A stretch of 64,000 nt of DNA from Geosiphon pyriformis uo1 (taxonomy: Eukaryota; Fungi; Glomeromycota): the NCBI GenBank assembly GCA_016748015.1, contig JAAOMT010000258.1, forward strand, positions 188,173 through 252,172, written 5' to 3'. Numbering within the stretch: the first letter of the stretch is position 1; every line of letters begins with the position of its first letter. Below are positions 1 through 11,595 of the stretch, piece by piece. Made by a program: the position numbers and the translations under genes. Under the pieces are notes generated by a model, which saw nothing but the letters and a program-made list of their open reading frames with translations, ran no database searches and was not told the origin of the DNA.

Positions 1-3000
1 CTATTGATTAATGTCATTGTTAAGTCAAAAATTATTTCAGTATCATAAGAGTAGTAATAAAACTTATTAAGAATACTGTTGTATGCTGCATCAAATAGTG
101 TTCCTCTTTTGAATTTTTCCGAAATTGATAGAACATATTGACAGGTTTGATCACATACTCCTTCTCTCATTGCAACATCAATCCAGTTGTATTCTTCTGA
201 TAGCATATCTTCACATGTAAGACAAGGTGTGTTGTTCCATTTTCCACTTTTTTTTGGGGATCCAAATCGTTCTCTATGGCATGCTTTACAGAAGTAGCAG
301 GTGTGAGTTTTATATTCTTCTTCTGAGGAAATACAGGCTCCCATAAATGAAAGCTTTTTTTTGCAATCTTTGTATTTTAGTGGGATATATAGTAGTTTTT
401 TTTGTGATTCTGATATAGAATATCTAACTTCTTTCCATTCTCTTGATTCTTTAAAAATCTCTTGTTCTGTTTCTTCAATCCAATTGGATGTTAATCCAAG
501 AGCCATGTAGGTTTCAGTGAGTAGCATTTCTTTCTCCTCTTCAAATTCAAATACTAGGGCTTTTTCTGATCATTTGTTGAAAGTATCACAAGTAGCAGGT
601 ACTATGATGTATTGTTCTTGGTATGAGATTTTTAGTTCTTGAGTTTCCCAGTTAAGTTTGAATTGGCCTTAAGAAGCCAATTATTTCCAACAAGAGCTTG
701 GTATTGGAATGCATTCATAACTAGGACTTTGACTGAAATAGTAATTCTATTAATGATAAATAGGAAATTGTTAATTTCTCCTACTGGTATCTTTTTTATA
801 CTATCTGCTGTAACAATTACAGTTTGGGCTGGTCTGTCAACATTTTGATTAAGTTGTTGCATTAATTGGTATGTGATAATACTTCCAGTAGATTTACTGT
901 CTAAAATTAATCAGATGGGTTTTCCTTCTACTGTAGCTTCAGTGTACATAGCAGTAATAGCTTTTTGCTCATTGACTACTGCATTGCTAAACAAAAATGG
1001 TGATTTATTTGCTTCAAATTCGAATAAGAATATATCTAAAAAGTTGGCATTTTGAGCAATTTGGGCTGGTAGAATAGTATGGTTGGAAGGGTTTAATTTT
1101 GGTGCTACAGTTTCACCTTCAGAAAGTGCAGTTTTTTGAAAATTCGATTCTTTAGGCATTATAAGATAACTGGGTTGAGTGTGATAGTGAGTGGGTCTTT
1201 GCTAACCAGAATTTTGAGAAACCAACTAGTTATTTGAGTTGATTCTGTTGTTGTTATTCTGAAATTGATTTTAAAGTGTGAATTGGTTTTGTTGAACCAA
1301 TCTTTGGGCAGATACTTGGTATTGTTGTGTAGATGGCTGTTGATACTGTTGGATTGGTAAAGGTTGTTAATAGTGCTGCTATGGAGCAAGCTGATAGTAG
1401 TTGTTCTGCTGTTGGAGTCTTGAAGAATAGTAGGCTGGTGGTGGTGGCTGGTAATAAGATTGTTGTGTTGAAAAATAATGTTGATTACCCCTGTTTTGTT
1501 GGTCTCTTTATAGCTTTCTGCAATCTTGTTTCCAATGTTCTGGAATTCCACAATAATAACAACTTTGGTTTTGACTGTTTGATAATAATGAATAGTTGTT
1601 TTGGTTTTATCATTGTGATAACTAATACCTTTGTGGTTGTTGCTGTTGTTGTTAATTAGTGAAATAGTTCTCAACCTTTTTTGTAAGTTGGTCAATTTTT
1701 TTTTCAGCTGCTGAGCTGGTTTCTCCAATAGCAAGATTCACAAGTTTGGTATGATTTGCTTCTTCCATTGCCATTTCATAGTTCTTTGCATATCTAATGG
1801 CTGTTGCTAAGTCTTCTGGAGCATGTAAATAAACTTTCTTGATCAATTTGTCTTTTAATTCTGCTACAAACTGATCCAAAATCTGAGCATTGAAATAATA
1901 GTCATTGGTTTCCAATTGTTGAATTCATCAAAAAAGTTTGTTAAATCTCCCAAAATAGGTCATGACAGTTTCAAATGTTTCTTGTTTGATATTGTGAAAG
2001 TGATTGTGGAGAGTGATAGAGGTGTTGTTGTCAGTAAATTGTTGTAAAAAAACATCTTTGAATGCTTGCCAGTTTTCAAATGGTTCTTCTAAGTTTTCAA
2101 ACCATTCTTTTGTAGTTTTTTGGAAAAAATATGGGATTGCTTTGAGCATTCTTGCTGCATTCCAACCATTTGCATCTTCTGTTTTTTGAACTTGGTTAAG
2201 CCATTCTTGAAGGCTGGTATTATTGTCTTTACCAGTGAATTCTGGAATCTTTGCAATATAAGCAGTTGTTATTTCTTCTTTGTTTTCTGTAATTTCTTCT
2301 TGTTTTGATTCAGTTTTTTCACTTTTCAAGTTTTCTGAATGATTACTTTTGTTTTCCTATAAGTAATCAATAATATTGGTACTTGTTGATATGAGTTCCT
2401 GCTGTTGAGTAGGATTTTTACATAACTGATAATCTTCTGGTTTAAAGAAATAGTTAAGTAGTGAATTTGGTGTTTGTGGTCGAGTAAGTAAAATTAGAAA
2501 TAATGTAATAAAAAGTGGTAATTTGACATTGGTTTTTTGTTCAAGTGTTTGCAAGTGTTTGGCAGTTGTTTTTGGTATTATTGAAGTGTTTGGAGTGGTT
2601 TTTAAGTATTGTTTTACTTTTTGTTTGTCTTTGTTGCTTGTTTCTGTTTCTGATTCAAAATCAAGAGAGTATTTGGACTGTACTGAATATTTTTCTTCAC
2701 AATACTCAATAATGTTAAAATTAAGTTCTTGGAAGTAGGTAGCAAGTGTTTTACTGTTCAGGTCTTCTGTTTTTAATTGTAAATAGTGCACTAAATTATT
2801 GTAGAGATTGCTTTTAACTTCTGAAATGTTGTAGTTTCCAAAAAAATAATTATTGATGCAGTTTTCAATGTATTGGTATACTGATTTCTTGACAACTTTT
2901 ATTCCGTCTGGAATGTTGAATTTTTGCTTGCAGTAGGTGTAAATTAACTGATAATACTCTAGAGTTGTTGTGTCTGGTGTGGTTACCACTTTGAATTTTG

Positions 3001-3034
3001 TTGTTGCTGTGTTATTTCTGTGAAAGAGCACCAA
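1..3034 (-). pseudogene. gag-pro polyprotein of Gypsy-A (disrupted)
   Basis: ORF-track fragments 2357-3034, 1928-2329, 1652-1915, 911-1159 and 632-862 are collinear with Gag and protease, and homologous to 12,500-15,800 on the plus strand. Confidence 0.9.
3016..3033 (-). promoter_or_regulatory. Primer binding site (PBS) TGGTGCTCTTTCACAG
   Basis: The LTR end ...TAACA is followed by tt then TGG (complement of tRNA CCA); cognate tRNA not determined. Confidence 0.8.
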
Positions 3035-3035
3035 A

Positions 3036-3992
3036 TGTTATTGGAGGTTTTTGGTCTCTTTTCTTGAATGTTGTTAATGTTGATTTGCTGTGAATTCACG
3101 TTTCTAAGAAGTAGTTGAACCTCTAGTAACTGAATTTATCTTCAAATTATCTCCTATAATTTGAACTGCTGGGCTTATAAGTGGAATGACCAATTCCTTG
3201 CCAGTTACTTTACATAGTTATGTTGTAGTAAATGTCAACTCTTTTCCAGGAATTGCTCATCTGGAAGCTCACTAAAAATGTGTAGTTACTTTGCTGTGAA
3301 AGTCAACTCTTTTACAGGAATCTTGTCTGTAGGCTATCCTAAAAAAAGAAAGAAAAATAAAAAAAATATAAAAGAAGTAGAATTTATCAAAGGAAACATT
3401 TTTTATCCAGGCCTGGAGTCACTAACAGTTTACTGAAATTGGTAGCTAATCAATTTCAAAACGTTAGTTGTGTTGGGAGAATTTCAAGTGTAATAATCAA
3501 AGAATTTGTTTTTTGAATATTTAATTTTTTATTTGAAATGTATAAAAGATGATTTGTTCCAATTAAGATATCCAAGTAAGATACTATGTTAAGATATTAT
3601 GAAAAAATACATTTTCTTGAAGAGAGAAGCTTTTCTTTTATACAACTTGTTGTAATACTAGTCTTTGAACTTGCACTTTTCTCTTTGCTATAATTTGGGT
3701 GAACTAAAGATATATTTTAGTAAATTACAAGTTATTTCACTGAACTATTGATTATTTCGGCCAATTTCCATTAATTTCGGCGAATTTTGACTATGTTAAA
3801 TGGTTCAGGGTATTGTGTAATTTGATTATTTTAATTTCTAGAGTACAAATCGAATTATTGATTGAGTAATGATATCTGATAATTTGATTAAATAATAAGT
3901 GGTAATCGAAATAATAATAATATATGCTAATTAATAATAGGAATTATGAGAGTAATTTTATGCTAATTAATAGCTAAATTCTACTGGTAATA
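3036..3992 (-). repeat. 5' LTR of Gypsy-A (LTR family A, about 957 bp)
   Basis: Starts TGTTA, ends GGTAATA (decayed GGTAACA); collinear with the copies at 5780-6697 and 38,354-39,341. Confidence 0.9.
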
Positions 3993-4399
3993 CTGTCTTT
4001 AAAAATATCTGAATCCATGTAACTGGTTTCCTTGGCAAATATATTTTTCATATTTTTTACATTAAAAAAATTACTAATACTATTAGCTATGCTACCAACT
4101 TTGTTATCCTATAATACTGCAGATTTTGCATTAGAGTTCTCAATATTTATTAAACTTAAAGATCTAGCAGACAAGTCGACTATAACACTATTAGCATCAG
4201 GTTTTTTTAGCTTTTTATATAACACACTATAAGAGTAAACACTTTTTACACACTTTTTTTAGTGTTAGAACAGATTCCTAACCTGGCCAAACTAAAGCCA
4301 GAACTAACTAAAAAACAAGCTTACTGGTTTTATTACTATAAATAAAAATGTGTTTGAAGAAACTACTAAGAAAAACAAAAAGAAAAAGAAAAAAAAAAG
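3993..4399 (-). mobile_element. LINE 5' end and ORF1 N-terminus, interrupted by Gypsy-A
   Basis: Pyrimidine-rich 5' end, then KKVCKSVYSYSVLYKKLKK...AKETSYMDSDIFKD; homologous to the ORF1 N-terminus at 56,830-57,260. Confidence 0.75.
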
Positions 4400-4429
4400 C
4401 TATATTTTTGATAAATCTTTTACTTTTAT

Positions 4430-5779
4430 TGTAACTAAGAAATTGATAAAAGAAAGATTTTTTTTTCTTTTTATAATATTTTATTTAATTATAAATATAA
4501 AAATATAAAAAAAATTTATCAAGTTTTTAAAGCTAAAATATGTTTTTAAAGAAATAAGTTTTTTTTTTGTCTTTGTCTTTTTTTATTTGCTAAAACTACT
4601 TATTTTTATACATATTTTTTAATTTTACAAGATTGCTTTTAATTATTTGTTATTATTAGTTATTGTTTGCTATTTTTTATTATTGTTTTGTTTTTTTATA
4701 TTATAACTAGTTATCTTATATTATAGTATTATAAATAAACTTAATAGTATATAGTAATAATATTTGGTGCTCAAAATTTGGGTTTCTAAAAAGCTTTTAA
4801 TAGTTTTTTTTCAGTATACTAGTTTAAAGTATCAATGTTATTAGTCTTTGAAAGTCTTTCTAATTAATATTACCTATAAAGTTCTTTGGTTATAAGGCAC
4901 AGAGAAATGGTTTTTTGGTATTGTAATTTTTTGTATATAAACTATCTTCTCTAAACTAGTCAAGCACAGTTATTAGAGTCTAGTGGTGTTTTTTTATCCT
5001 TTTAGTAAGCTAACAAGATAATATTAATATCCAATTCTAGAAAAAGCTTCTCTTTTTTACCAGGCTATCACAAAGTCTATTCTCAGACAATTAATTTTTC
5101 TATGTTGTCACTCTATAAGAGAGAATAAAATAAAAAAAAATAAAAATAAAAAAATTAATATCATCAATTGTTGTGATTAAAAGCAATTGGTCTAAGTCAT
5201 AATAGTTTAAGGCTGTTTTATAATAAAAACATTTGGCTAGGAACAAAAATAAAAACAAGATTAATTTAGCTATAATGTATAAAATATGAGAATCATATAG
5301 ACAGAAATTTCAAGTTTTGTTAATATTTTTTTTATTTCAGTTATATAAGATATAAGATATAACAAAAGATATGTAATAAATATAGGTAAAAGAAAGTTAA
5401 TTTTTGTTTATCCCTCTGTTTTTTTATTTTTTACAATTATTATTTTTTATATATTTCTCTTAATTCTACAAGATTATTTTTGATTGTTTCATTATTGCTA
5501 ATTATTATTTGCTATTTTTGTTATTGTTTCATTTTTCTACATTATTATTAGTTATTTTTATTATTTTGTGTTATATTATATTATTATATTTTGTATTGTG
5601 TTATCTTGAGTTATTATGTGTTATTCTGTGTTCTTTTGTGTTATCCTAAATTATCATGTTTTTGATTATGTTTTTTTATAACTTGAATTGGTTTTTTTAC
5701 TTGAGTAACAATAGCTAGTTATTTTGTGCTATTTTATATTGTTGTATATTATTTTAAGTTATTTTAAATTATTATATAT
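4430..5779 (+). mobile_element. Candidate TRIM-like non-autonomous LTR element
   Basis: Imperfect direct repeats starting TGTAA at 4430 and 5372 (best match about 4600-4730 vs 5440-5560); the first repeat ends taata-tt-TGGTGCTC (PBS-like, 4765); about 600 bp non-coding interior. Confidence 0.5.
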
Positions 5780-6697
5780 TATTACTAGAGATTTTTGGTC
5801 TCTTTTCTTAAATGCTGTTGTTGTCAGTTTGTTGTTAGTTCATGATTATTAAAAGCTAGTAAATTTCTGATAACTGAATTTATCTTCAAATTATTTTTTA
5901 TAATTTAAATTACTAAGCTTATAAGTAGAATAACCAATTCTATACCAGTTATTTTATATAGTTATGTTGTAGTAAACATAAACATTTTCCAAAAATTACT
6001 TGTCTAAAAGCTCACTAAAAATGTATAATTATTTTGTTGTAAAGGTTAACTTTTTTACAGAAATTTTATCTGTAAACTATTTTAATAATTATAATAAGAA
6101 AAATAAAATAAAATAAAAAAAATGTAAAAAAATTGGAATTTTGTTAAGAGAATTGTTTTTTGTTTAGGCCTGAAGTCACTAATAAATTACTAAAATTAGT
6201 AGCTAATTAATTTTAAAACAATAATTTGGGTTTTGGAAATTGTTAAGTATAAATATTTTAAAAATTAGTTTTTTAAAGTATATTTTATTTTTGAATTGTA
6301 TTAATAAGAATAAATCTAAAATAAAATTGTATTCTCTAATAAGATATATTTTTTTAAAGAAAAAATTTTTTTTTTATATAACTTGTTGTAATACTAATTT
6401 GTGAACTTGAACTTTTTTTCTTTTTGCTATAATTTTAATAAACTAAAAATACATTTTGACAAACTACAAGTTATTTTGTTGAGCTATTAATTATTTTAAT
6501 CAATTATTTATTATTTAGATAAATTTTTACAAATTTTGATAAATTTTTAAATATTACATGGTTTAGTATATTGTATAATTTAATCATTCTAATTCTATTG
6601 TACAAATTGGATTATTAATTAAATAGCAATCTTTGATAATTTTTGATTAAATAATAAGTAATAATTCGAATAATAATAATATATGCTAATTAATAGA
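5780..6697 (-). repeat. Degenerate solo LTR, family A
   Basis: Collinear with 3036-3970 (e.g. aggcctgaagtcact, acttgttgtaatact, atatgctaattaatag); more AT-shifted; right end truncated. Confidence 0.88.
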
Positions 6698-6699
6698 TA

Positions 6700-8770
6700 T
6701 TCTATTTAGATAAAGCTAACTATAACATATAATTATAAAAAAACAAATCATCAAAATATTAATGCTTTTTTAGATTTATTATTCAATAATAGTATAATTT
6801 TTAAAAACCAAACCAAATTAATATTTAATAACTCCTTTTTAAACAAAATTAAAGCTTAAAAGTTTTTCTAAATTAATATTCATAAAAATAACTAAATAAT
6901 TAATATTAAAAAACTTTTTAAGTTTATAAATATATTAACTAAAAGCTAAATTTTAAAAACTATTATTAACTAAAACAAAATTAATACATTTTTTAATCTT
7001 TTAGAATTAGATTATATTGGGCTTTACTAAAAAAGACTATTAAAAAAATTAAATAAATCCAAATTTAAAATATTTTTGAAACTTACTATATAATTAAAAT
7101 TGTTTTTGTTAAAGTTTTTTATAAAAATTATAAATATATTAATATTTAAAGTTTTAATTACCAATAAATTAATATTATAAGTTTAAATTAATTTTTTTAT
7201 CAAAGTAGTATTAATATATAACTTAGAATTATAATTGAAAAATAATTCTTAAATATTAAATATATTAACAAAAATTAACCAGCTATTTTTAAAATTTTAC
7301 AAATATATTTAATTATATTATTATTTATAATATTTATGATTTTAGATTTTAGATAATTAGAATTAATATTTATAGTAAAAGCCTTAATTTAATTAAATTT
7401 GTTTATAATTTACAATTTAACTTTATTTTTTAACTTAGTTTTAGTAATTATTAATACTAAATTGTTTATAATTTTATATTATTTTATAATATTTTCTTAT
7501 TTAATAGAATTATTTATATTTTTTATATTGCAAATAGCAATTTTTTAAACCAAATTAATTATTAAAAAAGAAAAAAAAACTAATACTAAAAACCAAAAAG
7601 ATTTAATTAATTAAAATAACACTAATTAAACTTTTTAATATTAATATTTTGGTTTTTAAACCATTAATTTTAATAGTAAAAGTTATTATTATTTAAACTT
7701 AAAGATAAAAACCATTTATAATATTAAAAAAAAAAGTAAATTTAAAATATATATATATTCTTATTAGAAACAATTATAATTAATATAGTTACTAATAAAC
7801 ATAAAAATTAAAAAACTCAAAAAAATTTATCAAGATTAACTTTAATTTAACAAAAATTACAAAATTTAATTAAATTAAAGTTTTAAAAACCATTTAAAGT
7901 AAAAATAGATAAAAAAAACAACTTTTAAACAAAAAAAACAGTACTATAAAACAAAAATTCAAAAAAAAATTAAGATTATTATAATTAATAATTTAAGTTC
8001 AAGATAATTTATTAAAAAAAACTAAAACAATTAAGACTGTTTTTTTAATATAAATAACTACAAATTTTATATTTATTTAATTCCAATAAATAAAAACTAA
8101 ATTTAGTTTTAAAAGTTAAATAAATACACAAAAGAAACATAATTAAAATTTATATATATAAAACAAAAAAATAAATTAAAACTTTTAAAAACAGAAATAA
8201 ATACAAAAATTAATATTATGTTATTTTTAAATTTAAAATAAATAATAATATATATTAGCTTATATAATATAATAAAATAATAATTAATCATATAAGTTTT
8301 TTTATTAATAAAACTTATAAAGTCTTATTAATTATATATAATTGTTTTTATTAAAAAAGTATAAAATAAAACTTTGTATATATTTGTAATATCTTATAAA
8401 AATAAAAATAAAAGGTTAATTTCAAGTTTTTTATCAAGTATTTTAAGTCTGATTAATATTAATAATTTATTAATAACTTTAGTCATCTAAACTATATTTT
8501 TTTTTAATAAAAATAAACTATTTAGATATTAAAAAATTAATTTAATTTTAATTGCCAAATTTTATTAATTTTTTGCCAAAATCTTATTAATTACATTTTA
8601 ATTAACTTAATATTTCTAAATTTAATTAATATAATATATACAGTTATTTTAAATATTTTTATTAAAATTTTTTTAATTATTATAATCCAATTTATATAAT
8701 TATTTATTAGATATTTAAAATTAATATTTATTTTTATTTTGGTACTTTTAGCCAAATTTAATATCTCTAA
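6700..8770. repeat. Extremely AT-rich eroded sequence, probably a terminally decayed TE
   Basis: Almost no G/C, essentially no CpG, no credible ORFs. Confidence 0.55.
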
Positions 8771-8771
8771 T

Positions 8772-11216
8772 ACAGCTTTTTTTTTGTATTAGTTTAATAA
8801 GTAAAATCCAAATACTGTCTAGTATAATACATTATATAAATGATCTAAATTAGGTGTAAATTATGTTTTTTATATATGTTGTTATGGGTTGAAATAACAA
8901 GCTAATGGATAGCAAAAGAGAACAGAATTGTAGAATAATAAAAGAAATTAAAAGGAATTCAACTTTAAAGAGTGAATTGAATAAGTATAAATTCAATGTA
9001 TAAGATCAGTCTTATAAAATATCTCAATTGCTATACTTTTTAAAAATAACCAGGAAATTTGAAGATAGAGGGATAATCCATACTGTCAACAAATAATTAC
9101 ACACTGATATAATTCTATGTTTCATATTAGCACTCTTAGAATTCAATATTAGGTATTAGATGTACTCTTTAGTCATGTTTTATTTAATAATCTTCAAATG
9201 CTGCAATTACATGTTTCAAGAAAAGAGTAAAAAATAACCAACAAATAATCTTTTATTCCAAAATATTCAGATATTTGAAGGTAAGAAAGGGAGTTTTAGT
9301 AATAAGAGAATAATTAAGATAAAAGTTATTATTTTATTTATTTGATTTCTTTGATTTCTGACATGTTTTGTATTTCTGACATACTTTTCTATAGCTAAGA
9401 GATTTATTGTTTATATAGTTATCAAAAGTGGTTAATGATTAGGTTAACAACTAGATCAATGATCACTTTCTAAAAATAGAGTGGTTAATTTATATAACAT
9501 TAATGGTTAATATATGTAATAATTAATAAGAAGTATAAGTTTCAACTGTAACAATGTAATCAACCACTTAAGCTAATCAGAACAATATTATACATCTATA
9601 TAAACTAAAACTATGTCTTTTATTCTTGTAAAAAATAAACAAGACTTATATATTCTAAAACTAACACCAAATGTCTCAGTAATACCAAGCAATTTGATCA
9701 TATTAGTAGAAAGCACCAAAAACATTTCAGAAACTAAAATAGAAGCTGAACTATCTTGTAAAATTAGCCTTTTTTTTTCTATAAAGGCTTAATATTTAGC
9801 ACAAACCAACTAAATTTTATTCTTAAAGACTAAACAGAAACTTTGTATAAAATTTACAATTATATAACTAGCAATTTTGGAATTCTTAAGGACAAAAACA
9901 ATCTTTTGACATCAACCATTAAAAACAAAGCTTTTACAAAAAGCCAAACACATTACAACATTAGAAGCACATAATAACAACAGCTAAGATACACATAAAG
10001 TAGAACAAAGAATACCAAAAATTTCTTTCCATGTAGCCACATAGGTTTTCAACAATTGATAATAAACAGTTTTGTCAATCACATAAGAAAAAACATGGTT
10101 TAAGACTTTGATATTATCACAAGACAAGTATAATACACTAGAGTAGCTTTTGTTATACAGGCATTTATAAACAACAATGAACAGCTTATGATGTAAAGCT
10201 TTTATAAAATAAGTACAGGCATCAGCAGAAAGTTTATTAGTAAAACCAGCAGTCTGATATAAGTCAGAATGCAACAACAAAAATAAACTAAGCCAGTTAA
10301 TGTTTAAGAATAGACTATTAGACAGAATCTTAGAAACAGAACCAACTTTTTAATGCACACAGTAAACAGACCAAAAAACCTCATAAACAAAATGTTTAGA
10401 ATTATCAGAAACCACATTACCATCTACCAAAATGTAATATTTTTTTAAATAGAAAAAAAGATACTAATTAGAAACAGATGCAGTATCAACAAGAGCATTA
10501 GCTTATTTATTGTCCAGAATTTCCAAGTGACTCTTTATCTTGTGCTATTTAATATGCAAATTTTTACTATAAATAATTTTTGCAATATGCTGGCATTTAA
10601 TCCAATACCAATTTCAAAAGTTCAGATACAACAAACCCAATTCTATACTATATACATCCAAAGCAATTTGACTGTTTATAAATAAGCAAATTAAGTTAAA
10701 AAAAGAGACACACTCAAAAGCCAACACAATAATCTATAATTCTGCCAAAGTAAAAAACAGCAAATCTGACATCTTAACATTCAGATCCAAGTTTATGTTT
10801 CTAAAAAAAACCACAGCATCTGCCCTTATATTAGTGGTTCTTAAGTTCTTTAAAAACCCATCTGTATAAACAGACAGACTATTAACATCAACATCTAATA
10901 ATTAATTATAAACCAACTCAAAATTATCTAACCCAAAAATACTTAAAAAACCAGCACTGTCCAAAAAAGAAAAACATGTAAAAATAGAGTTCACACTACT
11001 GAAAAAGCCTACAGAGAGCTTAAACCAATTAAGAATAGGGCCATAGAAATCCAATCTCTTCCATTGCTTAAAGGTTTTCTAACTAAAAACATTGTTATTT
11101 TAGCCATAAAGTTGGTTCACAAAAGTGATATTATATTACTGAAGTAAAAAAAAAACTTAAAAAACATAGACTTACCAAGAACAGTTAATATAAAAGTTCT
11201 ATCCACAGCTTTTTTT
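8772..11216 (-). mobile_element. 5'-truncated LINE (ORF2 RNase H and C-terminus, 3' UTR), coordinates include the 12-bp TSDs
   Basis: Minus-strand SLSVYTDG RNase H motif (about 10,855-10,880), WLHSDLYQTAGFTNK and CLYN..SVLYLSC; TSD ACAGCTTTTTTT at 8772-8783 and 11,205-11,216. Confidence 0.88.
8880..9553. repeat. Solo LTR, family C, inserted in a LINE 3' UTR
   Basis: Termini TGTTATGGGTTG...CAACTGTAACA; 4-bp TSD ATGT (8876-8879, 9554-9557); inverted homolog at 43,194-43,833. Confidence 0.88.
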
Positions 11217-11595
11217 AATATAAAAATAGTATAAACAATTTTACTAAATTTTGAAAAAATAAAAGTTTTCTTAAAAGTATTTATACTTAAAAAAAATTTT
11301 TAATAAGTTTTAATATTTTCTAAAAATTTTTTTCTTTAATAGTTAAAAAGTTGATATTTAAAGTAAAAAAATTTTTAATAATTATATTTATATTAGTTTT
11401 AAAATAAAAAAAAATCAGAATTTTTATTTATATTAAAATTTACATAAAAAACTGAAATTTATTTTTTAATATATATATTTATAAAATAGTTTTTGTTTAA
11501 TATAAAAAGTTTTTAAATTTTTTTAATATGATTTTTTAACTTTTTACTTAATATACAATTGCTAAAAACATGATTGTTTTGTTTATATTTGGTAT

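Larger units (their letters stand above)
1..3992 (-). mobile_element. Ty3/Gypsy LTR retrotransposon (Gypsy-A), 5' part; continues beyond the left window edge; degenerate
   Basis: On the minus strand: LTR 3036-3992, PBS, Gag capsid-like (AYIAKIPEFTGKD..WLNQVQK..ANGWN), CCHC knuckle CYYCGIPEHWKQDC (about 1515-1560), aspartic protease ILDSKSTGSII (about 875-910), then a Cys-rich region; multiple stops and frameshifts. Confidence 0.93.

Noticed and set aside
1159-1734. 191-aa minus and 108-aa plus ORFs
   Set aside because: Off-frame or antisense readings of the Gln/Asn-rich Gag region; the true frame has the CCHC knuckle and is broken by stops
5175-5220. gcaattggtctaag resembling a tRNA D-arm/A-box
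   Set aside because: No B-box (GTTCRA) or cloverleaf follows
8109-8291. Short hydrophobic F/I/L/N/K/Y-rich ORFs (also 23,644-24,089, 52,691-52,933, 55,502-55,735, 58,097-58,393)
   Set aside because: Compositional artefacts of AT-rich DNA or antisense to TE remnants
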